Part shown: positions 8,041 through 15,688 of the stretch, one piece after another
Position numbering within the stretch: position 1 is the stretch's first letter
Layout: each line of letters starts with the position of its first letter
Assembly (NCBI GenBank): GCA_047651235.1
Contig: CP178758.1
Span: 3,120,001-3,152,000 of the forward strand
Reading direction: 5' to 3'
Source: Candidatus Electrothrix yaqonensis
Lineage (GTDB): Bacteria > Desulfobacterota > Desulfobulbia > Desulfobulbales > Desulfobulbaceae
Length of the DNA: 32,000 bases
Position numbers and translations under genes: made by a program
The notes under the pieces: model-generated
What the model was told of the DNA's origin: nothing
Seen by the model: the letters and a program-made list of their open reading frames with translations, nothing else
Databases searched by the model: none

Positions 8041-9396
8041 CTACTCCTTGTTGCCGCGCCGCTGGACGTTTGCTGCGCAGCCTTCTTCGATGTACCATGC
8101 CCCTTTGGTATTGCCCTGAAGATCATTGTCTTCGATAATGCCACCACCGCCATCGCATATACGAACACCCGACCAGCCATTTTTAGAAATGCGGTTAAAG
8201 CGTAGAATCGGATTTTTGGTTGTGTTAATTATAATGCCGCCCTGCGCGTTGGAGAATATCTCATTATGCTCTATCAACCCTTTACCGTTATTACAAATAA
8301 GGACACCAGCTGCTGGTCCATCATGAATGTGGCAGCGACGCAGAATCGGGTCTGCGTCGTTAAGGATTTGAACACATATATTACCTTTGCTTGAAATGTC
8401 GCAATCCTCTATTTCAAGCCTACCTTGCTCAATCCTTATATCATTTAAGGTAAGGTTAGCAACCCTTCCAATGTCAGTTTTTGACAAAATAGCTGGGTTA
8501 CCAACAAGCTGGATAATAATCTCGCTTCGCTCTCCATCACCTATGATCTCAACAGGCTTGTCTATCACAATGCTTTCTTTATACAAGCCGGGTCGCACAA
8601 GAATGCGTGTGCCCGGTTCAGCAGCCTTGAGTGCAGCAGTTATTGTCGCATAGTCACAACGATATAAAGGATCAATAACCAAGGTCGGTGGATCTGTCTT
8701 TACCGTTGGCGCAAGCTGTGGCCTGCTCTCCGACGGTGGCGGAGCGTAATAGTTGTTGATCTGCGTACCGATAGCATTATTGCCCTGCGCAATGCTCTGA
8801 TCTCCTCTACCAGTTTTAGTAAATGTGTTGCTGCTGGCAGGCGTGGAGTCGTCCTTCTCTGGCTGTAAGCAGGATGCTTCCGCCTCACTTCGCTCCAAGG
8901 CCGCAACAATCTGTTCCGCCATTTTAGCAAGAGCCTTGCGCACCGACGATGAAGTGAATTCTTCAAAACGCAACTCCCGCCAGTCCGCATACTGTCGCGC
9001 TGCGAGAACCTGCGCCAGTTTGTCATGTTCCCGCTTTGCTTTATCTTCCAGCACAGGACAGCGTACATAATAGACCGGCAGAATCAGGTCACCCCGTCCC
9101 AGCTCTTCTTCCCGCTTCAGGAAATACTTCAGCTCTTTCCGGCAGGCATTGCTTTTAAAAAAGGCTGGCGTGATGATCGGAATGAGAAAGGTGGTCGCAG
9201 CTAAAGACTCGTGTATGCGCTTCTCCCACGGCTGACCCCAGGCAATGTCCTCTCGGTCTTGAAAGATATCAAACGGCTTGCCGGTCTGCATCCGCACTTC
9301 ACCGCTCAGGCATTCACGGAACCGGGTCAGCCGACCCTGCTCATGCTGGTCGTCCAGATTCACATAACTCATGAAGGCAAGTGCTGTCCGGCTCAC
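8041..9396 (-). CDS. TIR domain protein fused to right-handed parallel beta-helix (PbH1-like) repeats
   Basis: The N-terminal TIR pattern is ALAFMSYVNLDD...DIFQDREDIAWGQPW...FLIPIITPAFFKSNACRKELKYF, which includes the conserved Glu of the WCxxEL-type motif. A linker follows, then repeats such as IEHNEIFSNAQGGIIIN, ILRFNRISKNGWSGVRI and IIEDNDLQGNTKGAWYI. The preferred start is GTG at 9396 (GGAGGGaattgagGTG gives MSRTALAFMSY). The tracked ORF start at 9456 is a TTG. Confidence 0.8.
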   Translation of the reverse strand: MSRTALAFMSYVNLDDQHEQGRLTRFRECLSGEVRMQTGKPFDIFQDREDIAWGQPWEKRIHESLAATTFLIPIITPAFFKSNACRKELKYFLKREEELGRGDLILPVYYVRCPVLEDKAKREHDKLAQVLAARQYADWRELRFEEFTSSSVRKALAKMAEQIVAALERSEAEASCLQPEKDDSTPASSNTFTKTGRGDQSIAQGNNAIGTQINNYYAPPPSESRPQLAPTVKTDPPTLVIDPLYRCDYATITAALKAAEPGTRILVRPGLYKESIVIDKPVEIIGDGERSEIIIQLVGNPAILSKTDIGRVANLTLNDIRIEQGRLEIEDCDISSKGNICVQILNDADPILRRCHIHDGPAAGVLICNNGKGLIEHNEIFSNAQGGIIINTTKNPILRFNRISKNGWSGVRICDGGGGIIEDNDLQGNTKGAWYIEEGCAANVQRRGNKE

Positions 9397-9471
9397 CTCA
9401 ATTCCCTCCGCAGCGGCAAGAGCTGCCTGTTCATCTTCTTGAAGCAGGGGAAACAACTCCCCGGCGCAGCC

Positions 9472-10026
9472 CTACATCCCTGCCAGTTCCGCACCGCTGT
9501 GTACCCACCGGCGCATGTTCACCAGTTCATCCGACCACGCACCCGAAGTCCTGACTTTGATAAACAGACGGAACAGCTCATTGACCAGCTTAATCCCCTC
9601 TTCAAACAGAGATATCCGCTCCAGCACCTGTCCTTCCAGGCTGTCCGGATCATCACTGTCGCCGTCAGCCGCCCCGGCGGTTTTCGGTAAACGGACGCTG
9701 CGGAATTCCATAGTGGCGGCAGTCAGGGTGATATTGAATTCATAATCACCGCTGCCGATTTTGATTCTGGCCTGTTCCGGTTTTTTGCCCAGAGCCAGCC
9801 CGGCGCGGGCCTCTTTCAGTTCGGTCTGCAGGCCCCGGCAGATGAGTTTTTCGCTTTCCGGGCCTTCACCGTATTCCAGCAGCATATGCTTTTCAAACAC
9901 CACCAGAATATCCCCCTGACCGGGCAGCTCAATACTGCCGCCCCGTTCCTCGCTCTTAAACCAGAGCCATGCCAGAAACTCCTGGCCGAGGAAACGCTTC
10001 TCTTCAATAAGCTCAACTAAGTCCAT
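9472..10026 (-). CDS. Hypothetical protein resembling the C-terminal part of RdgC (tentative)
   Basis: 184-aa ORF. LGQEFLAWLWFKSE and the C-terminal helical LFEEGIKLVNELFRLF loosely match the RdgC C-terminal half. This is recognition by eye only. Confidence 0.45.
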   Translation of the reverse strand: MDLVELIEEKRFLGQEFLAWLWFKSEERGGSIELPGQGDILVVFEKHMLLEYGEGPESEKLICRGLQTELKEARAGLALGKKPEQARIKIGSGDYEFNITLTAATMEFRSVRLPKTAGAADGDSDDPDSLEGQVLERISLFEEGIKLVNELFRLFIKVRTSGAWSDELVNMRRWVHSGAELAGM

Positions 10027-10076
10027 AAAAGCATACCCGCCGTTCTCTTTTCCTGTCGGTTAAATACTAAAATCAA

Positions 10077-10682
10077 TCAGAGCAATACTGCCGGTTGAAG
10101 ATCATCCAGTTTTGCCGCTGTTTCCGGGTCTGCCAGCCGGAGCGCAGAGTTCCAGGGAATCTGCATGACCAGAGAAAGATCAAAGGTCTCCCGGAACAGA
10201 TCTTCCAGCAGAGCAATTGCCTTGCGGCTGCCGGAAAAAAACAGCAGGGTGTTGTCGGCGGCATTCCAGCAGAGGTCGTAGACCGACGGCATGGGTGGCG
10301 ACTTGCGTACCAGCTCGGCCCGTATCCGCTCTTTGATCTCCAGGCGGACAGAGCGGCTCAGACGGCGCAGCTCTTTTTCCTGCCTGATCCGAGACTCTTC
10401 CTTGGCAGTGAACTTCCTCAGCACGGCCGCAGACACCTTGCGTTCATCAATCCGCATGGACAGCACCACGTAATCCCCGGCAGCATAGGAGCTGTAGGCA
10501 AAGTCAGCATCAAACATATCCGCCACAGACACCCAGCCGATGGAATACTCATCAATGGTATCGTCAATATCCTGAAACGAGTGCTCCGCCACCCGTTCCG
10601 CAATAAAATCCCAAAAATTCTCCGGCACTTCACCTTCTACTATAAAGCGGGTAAAGGAAGCGCTTCCTGATAATAGTCCCAT
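10077..10682 (-). CDS. RdgC-like recombination-associated protein, N-terminal two-thirds (tentative)
   Basis: The start was moved to the ATG at 10682 (SD AGGAGA upstream; MGLLSGSASFTRF). IGWVS..., RKVSAAVLRK... and LLFFSGSRKAIALLEDLFRETF parallel RdgC blocks. Confidence 0.55.
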   Translation of the reverse strand: MGLLSGSASFTRFIVEGEVPENFWDFIAERVAEHSFQDIDDTIDEYSIGWVSVADMFDADFAYSSYAAGDYVVLSMRIDERKVSAAVLRKFTAKEESRIRQEKELRRLSRSVRLEIKERIRAELVRKSPPMPSVYDLCWNAADNTLLFFSGSRKAIALLEDLFRETFDLSLVMQIPWNSALRLADPETAAKLDDLQPAVLL

Positions 10683-10844
10683 ATCTCTCCTGTCAAAAAT
10701 ACCTGCAAAGCGTTCTCTGCTCTTCTCTGCGCGGCCACCAGACCACAGCGAAATCTTTATAACAAAGATTGCTGCAGGCAACAAGCACTCTCTTCATGGA
10801 CGGACAGAGGAACAGAAAAAACAGACAGGCGCTTTTTTTTTCTG

Positions 10845-10874
10845 TTGACACCTTCCGGCAGAAAATGGTAAAAG
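10845..10874 (+). promoter_or_regulatory. Sigma70-type promoter for the tRNA-Lys/tRNA-Glu operon
   Basis: TTGACA (10845-10850), 18-nt spacer, then TGgTAAAAG (extended -10, 10866-10874). It lies about 20 nt upstream of tRNA-Lys, with an A/T tract upstream. Confidence 0.55.
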
Positions 10875-10895
10875 AGCTGTGCTCGCAGCGCAGTA

Positions 10896-10971
10896 GGGTC
10901 GTTAACTCAGCTGGTAGAGTATCTGCCTTTTAAGCAGAGAGTCGCGCGTTCGAGCCGCGCACGACCCACCA
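10896..10971 (+). tRNA. tRNA-Lys (anticodon UUU), CCA encoded
   Basis: Acceptor gggtcgt/acgaccc; anticodon arm tctgc-cttttaa-gcaga; T-arm gcgcg-ttcgagc-cgcgc. 76 nt. Confidence 0.95.
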
Positions 10972-10982
10972 CAAAAATATAC

Positions 10983-11060
10983 GTCCCCATCGTCTAGTCT
11001 GGTCCAGGACACCGGCCTTTCACGCCGGCAACACCGGTTCAAATCCGGTTGGGGACGCCA
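10983..11060 (+). tRNA. tRNA-Glu (anticodon UUC), CCA encoded
   Basis: Acceptor gtcccca/tggggac; anticodon arm ccggc-ctttcac-gccgg; T-arm accgg-ttcaaat-ccggt. Close to the E. coli tRNA-Glu pattern. Confidence 0.95.
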
Positions 11061-11070
11061 GAAATATCAA

Positions 11071-11102
11071 GGGGTTGGCGGTTCTCGCTAACCCCTTTTT
11101 TG
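11071..11102 (+). terminator. Rho-independent terminator of the tRNA operon
   Basis: ggggttggcg-gttct-cgctaacccc (10-bp stem with one G-U) followed by tttttt. Confidence 0.8.
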
Positions 11103-11122
11103 TTGGGTTCCGAAGCATGAAG

Positions 11123-11211
11123 AGAGTTGTTCCTGTATAAGCTTACAGACCCATTTTTCATTTTTTAAGTGGCTGTTTTTGGGGACTCGGAAGTTATTCA
11201 GGAACAACTCT
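11123..11211. repeat. Inverted repeat pair (18 bp, 1 mismatch) enclosing 53 nt, immediately after the tRNA terminator
   Basis: agagttgttcctgtataa (11123-11140) pairs with ttattcaggaacaactct (11194-11211); 13 bp are perfect. Confidence 0.7.
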
Positions 11212-11370
11212 AAGGAAGCCCAGTGCTACACCCATTCATCTCCCCTGAAAAATCAGTCTGCTACCCTGCCGGGGAATCGGTGACATCAATCACATTTCCT
11301 TCCGTCCTCCTGTCAAAAAATGAATAATCAAAATCAGCCATTTCAAGCCGGGAACTGCGGGTAGTTTAGA

Positions 11371-11496
11371 ATGGAGGTGGACGTGATTGACTATTTCAAA
11401 AATATGTCAGAAGAAACGGGCATCCCTTACCAGAACCTTATCAATTTATACTTAAGGGAATGTGTTGCCAGCAAGAAAAGGCTGACCTTCCAATAA
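11371..11496 (+). pseudogene. Orphan 41-codon remnant resembling the C-terminus of a BrnA/CopG-type antitoxin
   Basis: It reads MEVDVIDYFKNMSEETGIPYQNLINLYLRECVASKKRLTFQ*. The ...G(I/M)PYQxLIxxxLRE... ending is typical of BrnA-like antitoxins, but the N-terminal part and any toxin partner are missing. Confidence 0.4.
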
Positions 11497-11524
11497 AAAA
11501 GGCCGGAGACATCTGCCTCCGACC
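11492..11524 (-). terminator. Rho-independent terminator of the cytochrome/NrfD operon
   Basis: On the minus strand: ggtcggag-gcagatgt-ctccggcc (one G-U) followed by TTTTTTATT. It lies 29 nt after the cytochrome stop. Confidence 0.7.
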
Positions 11525-11552
11525 TTGAAAACGTCACTTCAACTGCTGCGGA

Positions 11553-12419
11553 TCAATGATGATCGCCAGCACCCTCGTAGTCTCCCTTGCTCATACCACG
11601 GGGCAGGGCCGGTGGCGGTTCCGGTTGAATCGGATTAAAGCGATGCTCCTGAACAGTGTGGGGATTGTGGCATTCTGTACAAGCCCACCACCGCTTTTTC
11701 CCTCCGACTTTCCATTCGCCGGTACGCTTGCCGTGGAGACCCATCCGCCATTCGCTGTAAGTAGCGCCGTGACAGCTTCCGCAGACCTTATAGGATTCAT
11801 TAAAGCTGACCTCGTTTCCTCGACGGTCAACCAAGGTGTCACGATTGGCGGCATTATGGCAGTCAAAACACCAGATTGCTCCCCGGCCATGCTGCAGATT
11901 CGTGGCATCGCTGATGATATCCTGATGATTCCCGATCTGGCGGGGATCATTCTTCGGGGCATCCATATTTTCACCGACATAATGACAGCCGCTGCACTGC
12001 ATGTTTGTTTGCTTTATTGTTTTTAAGTGCTCCGCACGGGGCCTGATGACCGCCTGGGCAAAATCGCCACCCGTTTGATCGCCGAAGCTCGGCATGTCAC
12101 CCATAGGTTCAGTACCATAGTAGGGATCGCCGTACCAGAGAACTGCTCCGGTGGTGGGTGAACACTTCACATTGGGATAACCGTACTTGGGGACAGCATT
12201 ATCCACCTTTGAGAGTTCGGTGGCGCCTTTGATACTTTCATAGCATGCAGCTGGTGCAGCATCGGACGCAGCTTGGACTGCACCGGACTCGTCTTGTGCC
12301 GCATCTTCTGCCAGAGCCTCGCCAGGCATATTCTGGAAGAGCAGGCCGCCGGTTACCAAGGCTACGGCAAAAAGGCCGTAGAAAGCTGCTGCTCTCACAT
12401 ATTTTCTCCCTGAAATCAT
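11553..12419 (-). CDS. Membrane-anchored periplasmic tetraheme cytochrome c
   Basis: Four CxxCH motifs (CSGCH, CFDCH, CGSCH, CTECH). N-terminal hydrophobic anchor AAAFYGLFAVALVTGGLLF. ATGA overlap with the NrfD-like gene. Confidence 0.85.
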   Translation of the reverse strand: MISGRKYVRAAAFYGLFAVALVTGGLLFQNMPGEALAEDAAQDESGAVQAASDAAPAACYESIKGATELSKVDNAVPKYGYPNVKCSPTTGAVLWYGDPYYGTEPMGDMPSFGDQTGGDFAQAVIRPRAEHLKTIKQTNMQCSGCHYVGENMDAPKNDPRQIGNHQDIISDATNLQHGRGAIWCFDCHNAANRDTLVDRRGNEVSFNESYKVCGSCHGATYSEWRMGLHGKRTGEWKVGGKKRWWACTECHNPHTVQEHRFNPIQPEPPPALPRGMSKGDYEGAGDHH

Positions 12420-13678
12420 TTCGCATCTCCTTCCGCTGTTTTGGGATCTCGTACCTCACCGGTCAATACGCCGATAGCACCCTTGGTGAGCAGGGTCAGC
12501 ATGATAAAGCCAGTTGCCCAGATGAACAGGACGTTGAAAATTTCAACAAGGGTCGGATGATACACGGCATACTCACCCAGGGGGGTCGGACTGAAGGCCG
12601 GAAAGACCAGCACTGCCGGTTTTTCGATCAGGATGATTAGGAAAACCACCAGACAGAGCACCGGCAACAGGCTGTTGTAGCTCTTCCGTATTGTGGTATT
12701 GAGCAGCATGAGGAACGGTAACACAATCAGGGCCATAGTCATCCGAAACCACGGGGAATAGGCATCCAGACCGTGGTGACCATGCATCATGTACTCCAGA
12801 GAAGCGGCATGATGGGTACCCGGATACAGTTCTGTAAAAAACTCAGAGGCAAAGACCAGGATGATGATCCCCAGACTCCAGACAATGACCTGGGAAAAGA
12901 AGTCAATCACCGAGTCAGCAATATGCAGCTTGCTGAATTTGCGGATCAGGAGGAAAAGCATAATAACCAGAGCAGATCCTGATGCACCGGCCATAGATAA
13001 AAAGGCAAAAGGGAGGACAGCAGTATGCCATGAGGAAATTCCTGCATTGCTGCTGAGGATGAAGGCGGTGACGATATGAATCAGCGGCCCCCAAACCACG
13101 GCTATGTAGATCAACGGGGTGTAAAATTTGGTGTTCATCGGCTGCCCGATATAGCGCATATACAAGAGATAGGAAACCGCCACCAGGTTGATACCAAGAT
13201 ATACGTTCAGTACAATGATATCATAGGTGAGCATCGAACTGGGAAAGTTGAAGATACCCAACCCGGGAATTGCGTGCCACGCTCTGTCCGGCCGACCCAT
13301 GTGGAACATGATGAAGTTGAGGCCGATAATCACGAAGGTCAGAGCGATGATCTCACCAAGGACGGCCAAGTCCTTCATGTCTTTTCGTTTATAGATATAG
13401 GCGGGAATGACCACCAGCACGGCCGCCGCCGCAATATGGGCGGTGAATATAAAGTTGGATATGAACAGTTCCCAAATGATCTGGTCTGTGGCCCCGGTGA
13501 CGATGAGGCCCTTGGTCATCTGCACGTAGGTGGTGTATAAACCCACAACTGCAAAAAAAGAAAGAAAGAGCAGCCAGCCATAGTAGAGGTTTCCTCCTTT
13601 AACGGCATAACTGAAAAAGTCACGGGCGAAAGCTATCGGCTTTTGAGAAGCTGAAGCTATTTGCTTTTTCATTGTCAT
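12416..13678 (-). CDS. NrfD/PsrC-family integral membrane quinone-interacting subunit
   Basis: 420-aa highly hydrophobic multi-pass protein between an FeS subunit and a cytochrome. The layout is as in NrfCD/Psr/Cbc-type complexes. Confidence 0.85.
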   Translation of the reverse strand: MTMKKQIASASQKPIAFARDFFSYAVKGGNLYYGWLLFLSFFAVVGLYTTYVQMTKGLIVTGATDQIIWELFISNFIFTAHIAAAAVLVVIPAYIYKRKDMKDLAVLGEIIALTFVIIGLNFIMFHMGRPDRAWHAIPGLGIFNFPSSMLTYDIIVLNVYLGINLVAVSYLLYMRYIGQPMNTKFYTPLIYIAVVWGPLIHIVTAFILSSNAGISSWHTAVLPFAFLSMAGASGSALVIMLFLLIRKFSKLHIADSVIDFFSQVIVWSLGIIILVFASEFFTELYPGTHHAASLEYMMHGHHGLDAYSPWFRMTMALIVLPFLMLLNTTIRKSYNSLLPVLCLVVFLIILIEKPAVLVFPAFSPTPLGEYAVYHPTLVEIFNVLFIWATGFIMLTLLTKGAIGVLTGEVRDPKTAEGDAK

Positions 13679-13691
13679 TATAAATACCTCT

Positions 13692-14738
13692 CTAATCCAT
13701 GTAATAGAAAAATTTTGGATCGGTGTTATACGCTTCCTTGAACCGGAACACCTTCTTGGTCGCCAAAACCTTCCTTACTTCGCTTTCAGGATCGAGCAGG
13801 TTGCCGAATTTTCTTGCACCTACGGGACAGGCTTCCAGGCAGGCCGGATAGCGTCCCTCTCTGACCCTCTGTAAACAAAAGGTACATTTTTCCATGACTC
13901 CGCGCATGCGGGGACGGTTCCCCAAATAATGGGTCTTGGGATTCATGTCCTCATTCGGTAATACCGGTTCGCCCCAGTTAAAGCGGCGTGCCCAATACGG
14001 ACAGGCCAATTGGCACATCCGGCAGCCAATGCACCAGTTGTAATCAATAACCACGATTCCGTTGGGATCGCGAAAGGTTGCCCGGACCGGACATGCCTTG
14101 ACACAGGGCGGGTCTTCGCATTGATGGCACTGCACCGGAAAATAAATAGCATCGTCTTCCGGAACCTGCTCCGGTTCATAGTAATGCTCGGCAGCACCGG
14201 AAATACCGACATGTTTATCAGCATGACCACCGGATTGGATACCGTAGTCTCCCAAGGGATTGCTGTCAGGAGAGCCCTCGTTCAAATTTTTCAGTTCGAA
14301 CGTGTTATTGCCCCGCTCCATCCGCAACACCCGAATCCACTGGATTGCTGGATCACGGGATTGATTGTTTTCCCTGACGCAGGCCTCAACGCAGCGACGG
14401 CAGCCGATGCATTTGGAAATATTGAGTGCATAGCCGAACAGCACCCCCTCCGGGGCAGGCGTGTCAGCCACTGTGACCTGCTTACCGAACTGCTCTGTAT
14501 AGCGCTCTTCCAAGCGGGCAATGGCCTTTTCCTTCTGGGCGTCACTCATCAGCTCAAAATGCGTCTGCAATGCTTCGGCTATGCTCGTTGCCTCGGCGGT
14601 AGCTGCGGTGGCTGCCGGGGCGGCAACTGTTGCAGCGGCAGTAACCCCCATCTTCTTCAGGAAATCACGGCGGGATTCTTTCGCCTTCCCGTCGTCCTGT
14701 CCTTCAACCATCTCTTTTTTTCTTTTGTCCTCCGACAT
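13692..14738 (-). CDS. Tat-exported 4x[4Fe-4S] ferredoxin-type subunit (NrfC/HybA/PsrB-like)
   Basis: Twin-arginine signal SRRDFLKKMGVTAAATVAAPAATAA. Four Cys clusters (CIGCRRCVEAC, CHQCEDPPCVKACP, CIGCRMCQLACP, CTFC...CLEACP). The preferred start is the ATG at 14738 (GGAGG 9 nt upstream). The tracked ORF extends to 14780. Confidence 0.9.
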   Translation of the reverse strand: MSEDKRKKEMVEGQDDGKAKESRRDFLKKMGVTAAATVAAPAATAATAEATSIAEALQTHFELMSDAQKEKAIARLEERYTEQFGKQVTVADTPAPEGVLFGYALNISKCIGCRRCVEACVRENNQSRDPAIQWIRVLRMERGNNTFELKNLNEGSPDSNPLGDYGIQSGGHADKHVGISGAAEHYYEPEQVPEDDAIYFPVQCHQCEDPPCVKACPVRATFRDPNGIVVIDYNWCIGCRMCQLACPYWARRFNWGEPVLPNEDMNPKTHYLGNRPRMRGVMEKCTFCLQRVREGRYPACLEACPVGARKFGNLLDPESEVRKVLATKKVFRFKEAYNTDPKFFYYMD

Positions 14739-14776
14739 CGTGTATTGCCTCCGTGAATATGGTATCTTGAATACGC

Positions 14777-15085
14777 TCAAGATACCGTCCGGTAATGGTT
14801 ACGCAGGATACGGTCAAGCATCTGTTGCTTCTCTTCCTGGGTCAGGATGACCATTTTTTTGCCGGCCATGATCTGCTGTTGCCGCAAATCCTCCTCAGCG
14901 GAGCGGGCACGGGCGTTCACATCGCCGACTTTTCCGGCGGATTTTGTGATCGCTGTTCCGGTCAAACCGGCAGCCACCACGACACCCAGTGCAGCTGCTG
15001 CCCGCCGGAGAAAGCCCCGCCTGTCGGCAATCACCTCATTCTGCCCTTTGTGCGTACTCACACGCATCATGTGCTCTTCAGCCAT
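14777..15085 (-). CDS. Small protein with a twin-arginine signal/anchor and no recognisable cofactor domain
   Basis: 102 aa with a strong SD (AAGGAGGccgttATG). DRRGFLRRAAAALGVVVAAGLTG is followed by a charged helical tail. It is the first gene of the operon. Confidence 0.6.
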   Translation of the reverse strand: MAEEHMMRVSTHKGQNEVIADRRGFLRRAAAALGVVVAAGLTGTAITKSAGKVGDVNARARSAEEDLRQQQIMAGKKMVILTQEEKQQMLDRILRNHYRTVS

Positions 15086-15688
15086 AACGGCCTCCTTGTT
15101 GTGTACTTTAAAAATTATGCTTATACCTTAAAAACAATATTTTCAGTCCCATCAGCCAAATGCGCCAGTACACAGGTCGGTCAGTGTTCACAGACACAGA
15201 GGCACCCGAATACATACGGGGGAACATAATGTATTCTTACCAAGATCCTTCCGCCTCAAGAAAGGCAGCTACTGAATAACTGCAAACCACGCCGGCAGTC
15301 AAGGAAAAAAGCTGCTGTGTATGGTTTCTTTGCCAGGAGGGGAGTGCGCCTGCCGTCTGTTTTTATCTGCCCTGTTGAGCGCTGAATCTCCCGGCGCACA
15401 GCCGGAAGTTGTACGCATTTTTTTGCAGGATAATATTCATTAATGATAAATCGGGCCGTTTGTGTTCTGATAAGAGAACTGTAAGAAGCATGTTTTTCAA
15501 CATAGCTTCTGAAACGGAAGAACCTATCTAAAAGCAACAAGTTATACAGCAAACAGAAAGACTGGACAACCGGTTTATGTTTCTGCTATCCTCAAAGAGT
15601 TAGTTCAGATAGACGTCCCTGACGCCTCTGCTGCAGCATTAATTGTTGGTCTGCAAAGAATGACCGAAACCTATCCAGGCACCACACC

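Noticed and set aside
15256-15552. 98-aa ORF in the spacer between the cytochrome operon and the PBP4-like gene
   Set aside because: It has no SD, odd composition and no recognisable motif. It lies in a likely promoter/UTR region for two divergent operons.
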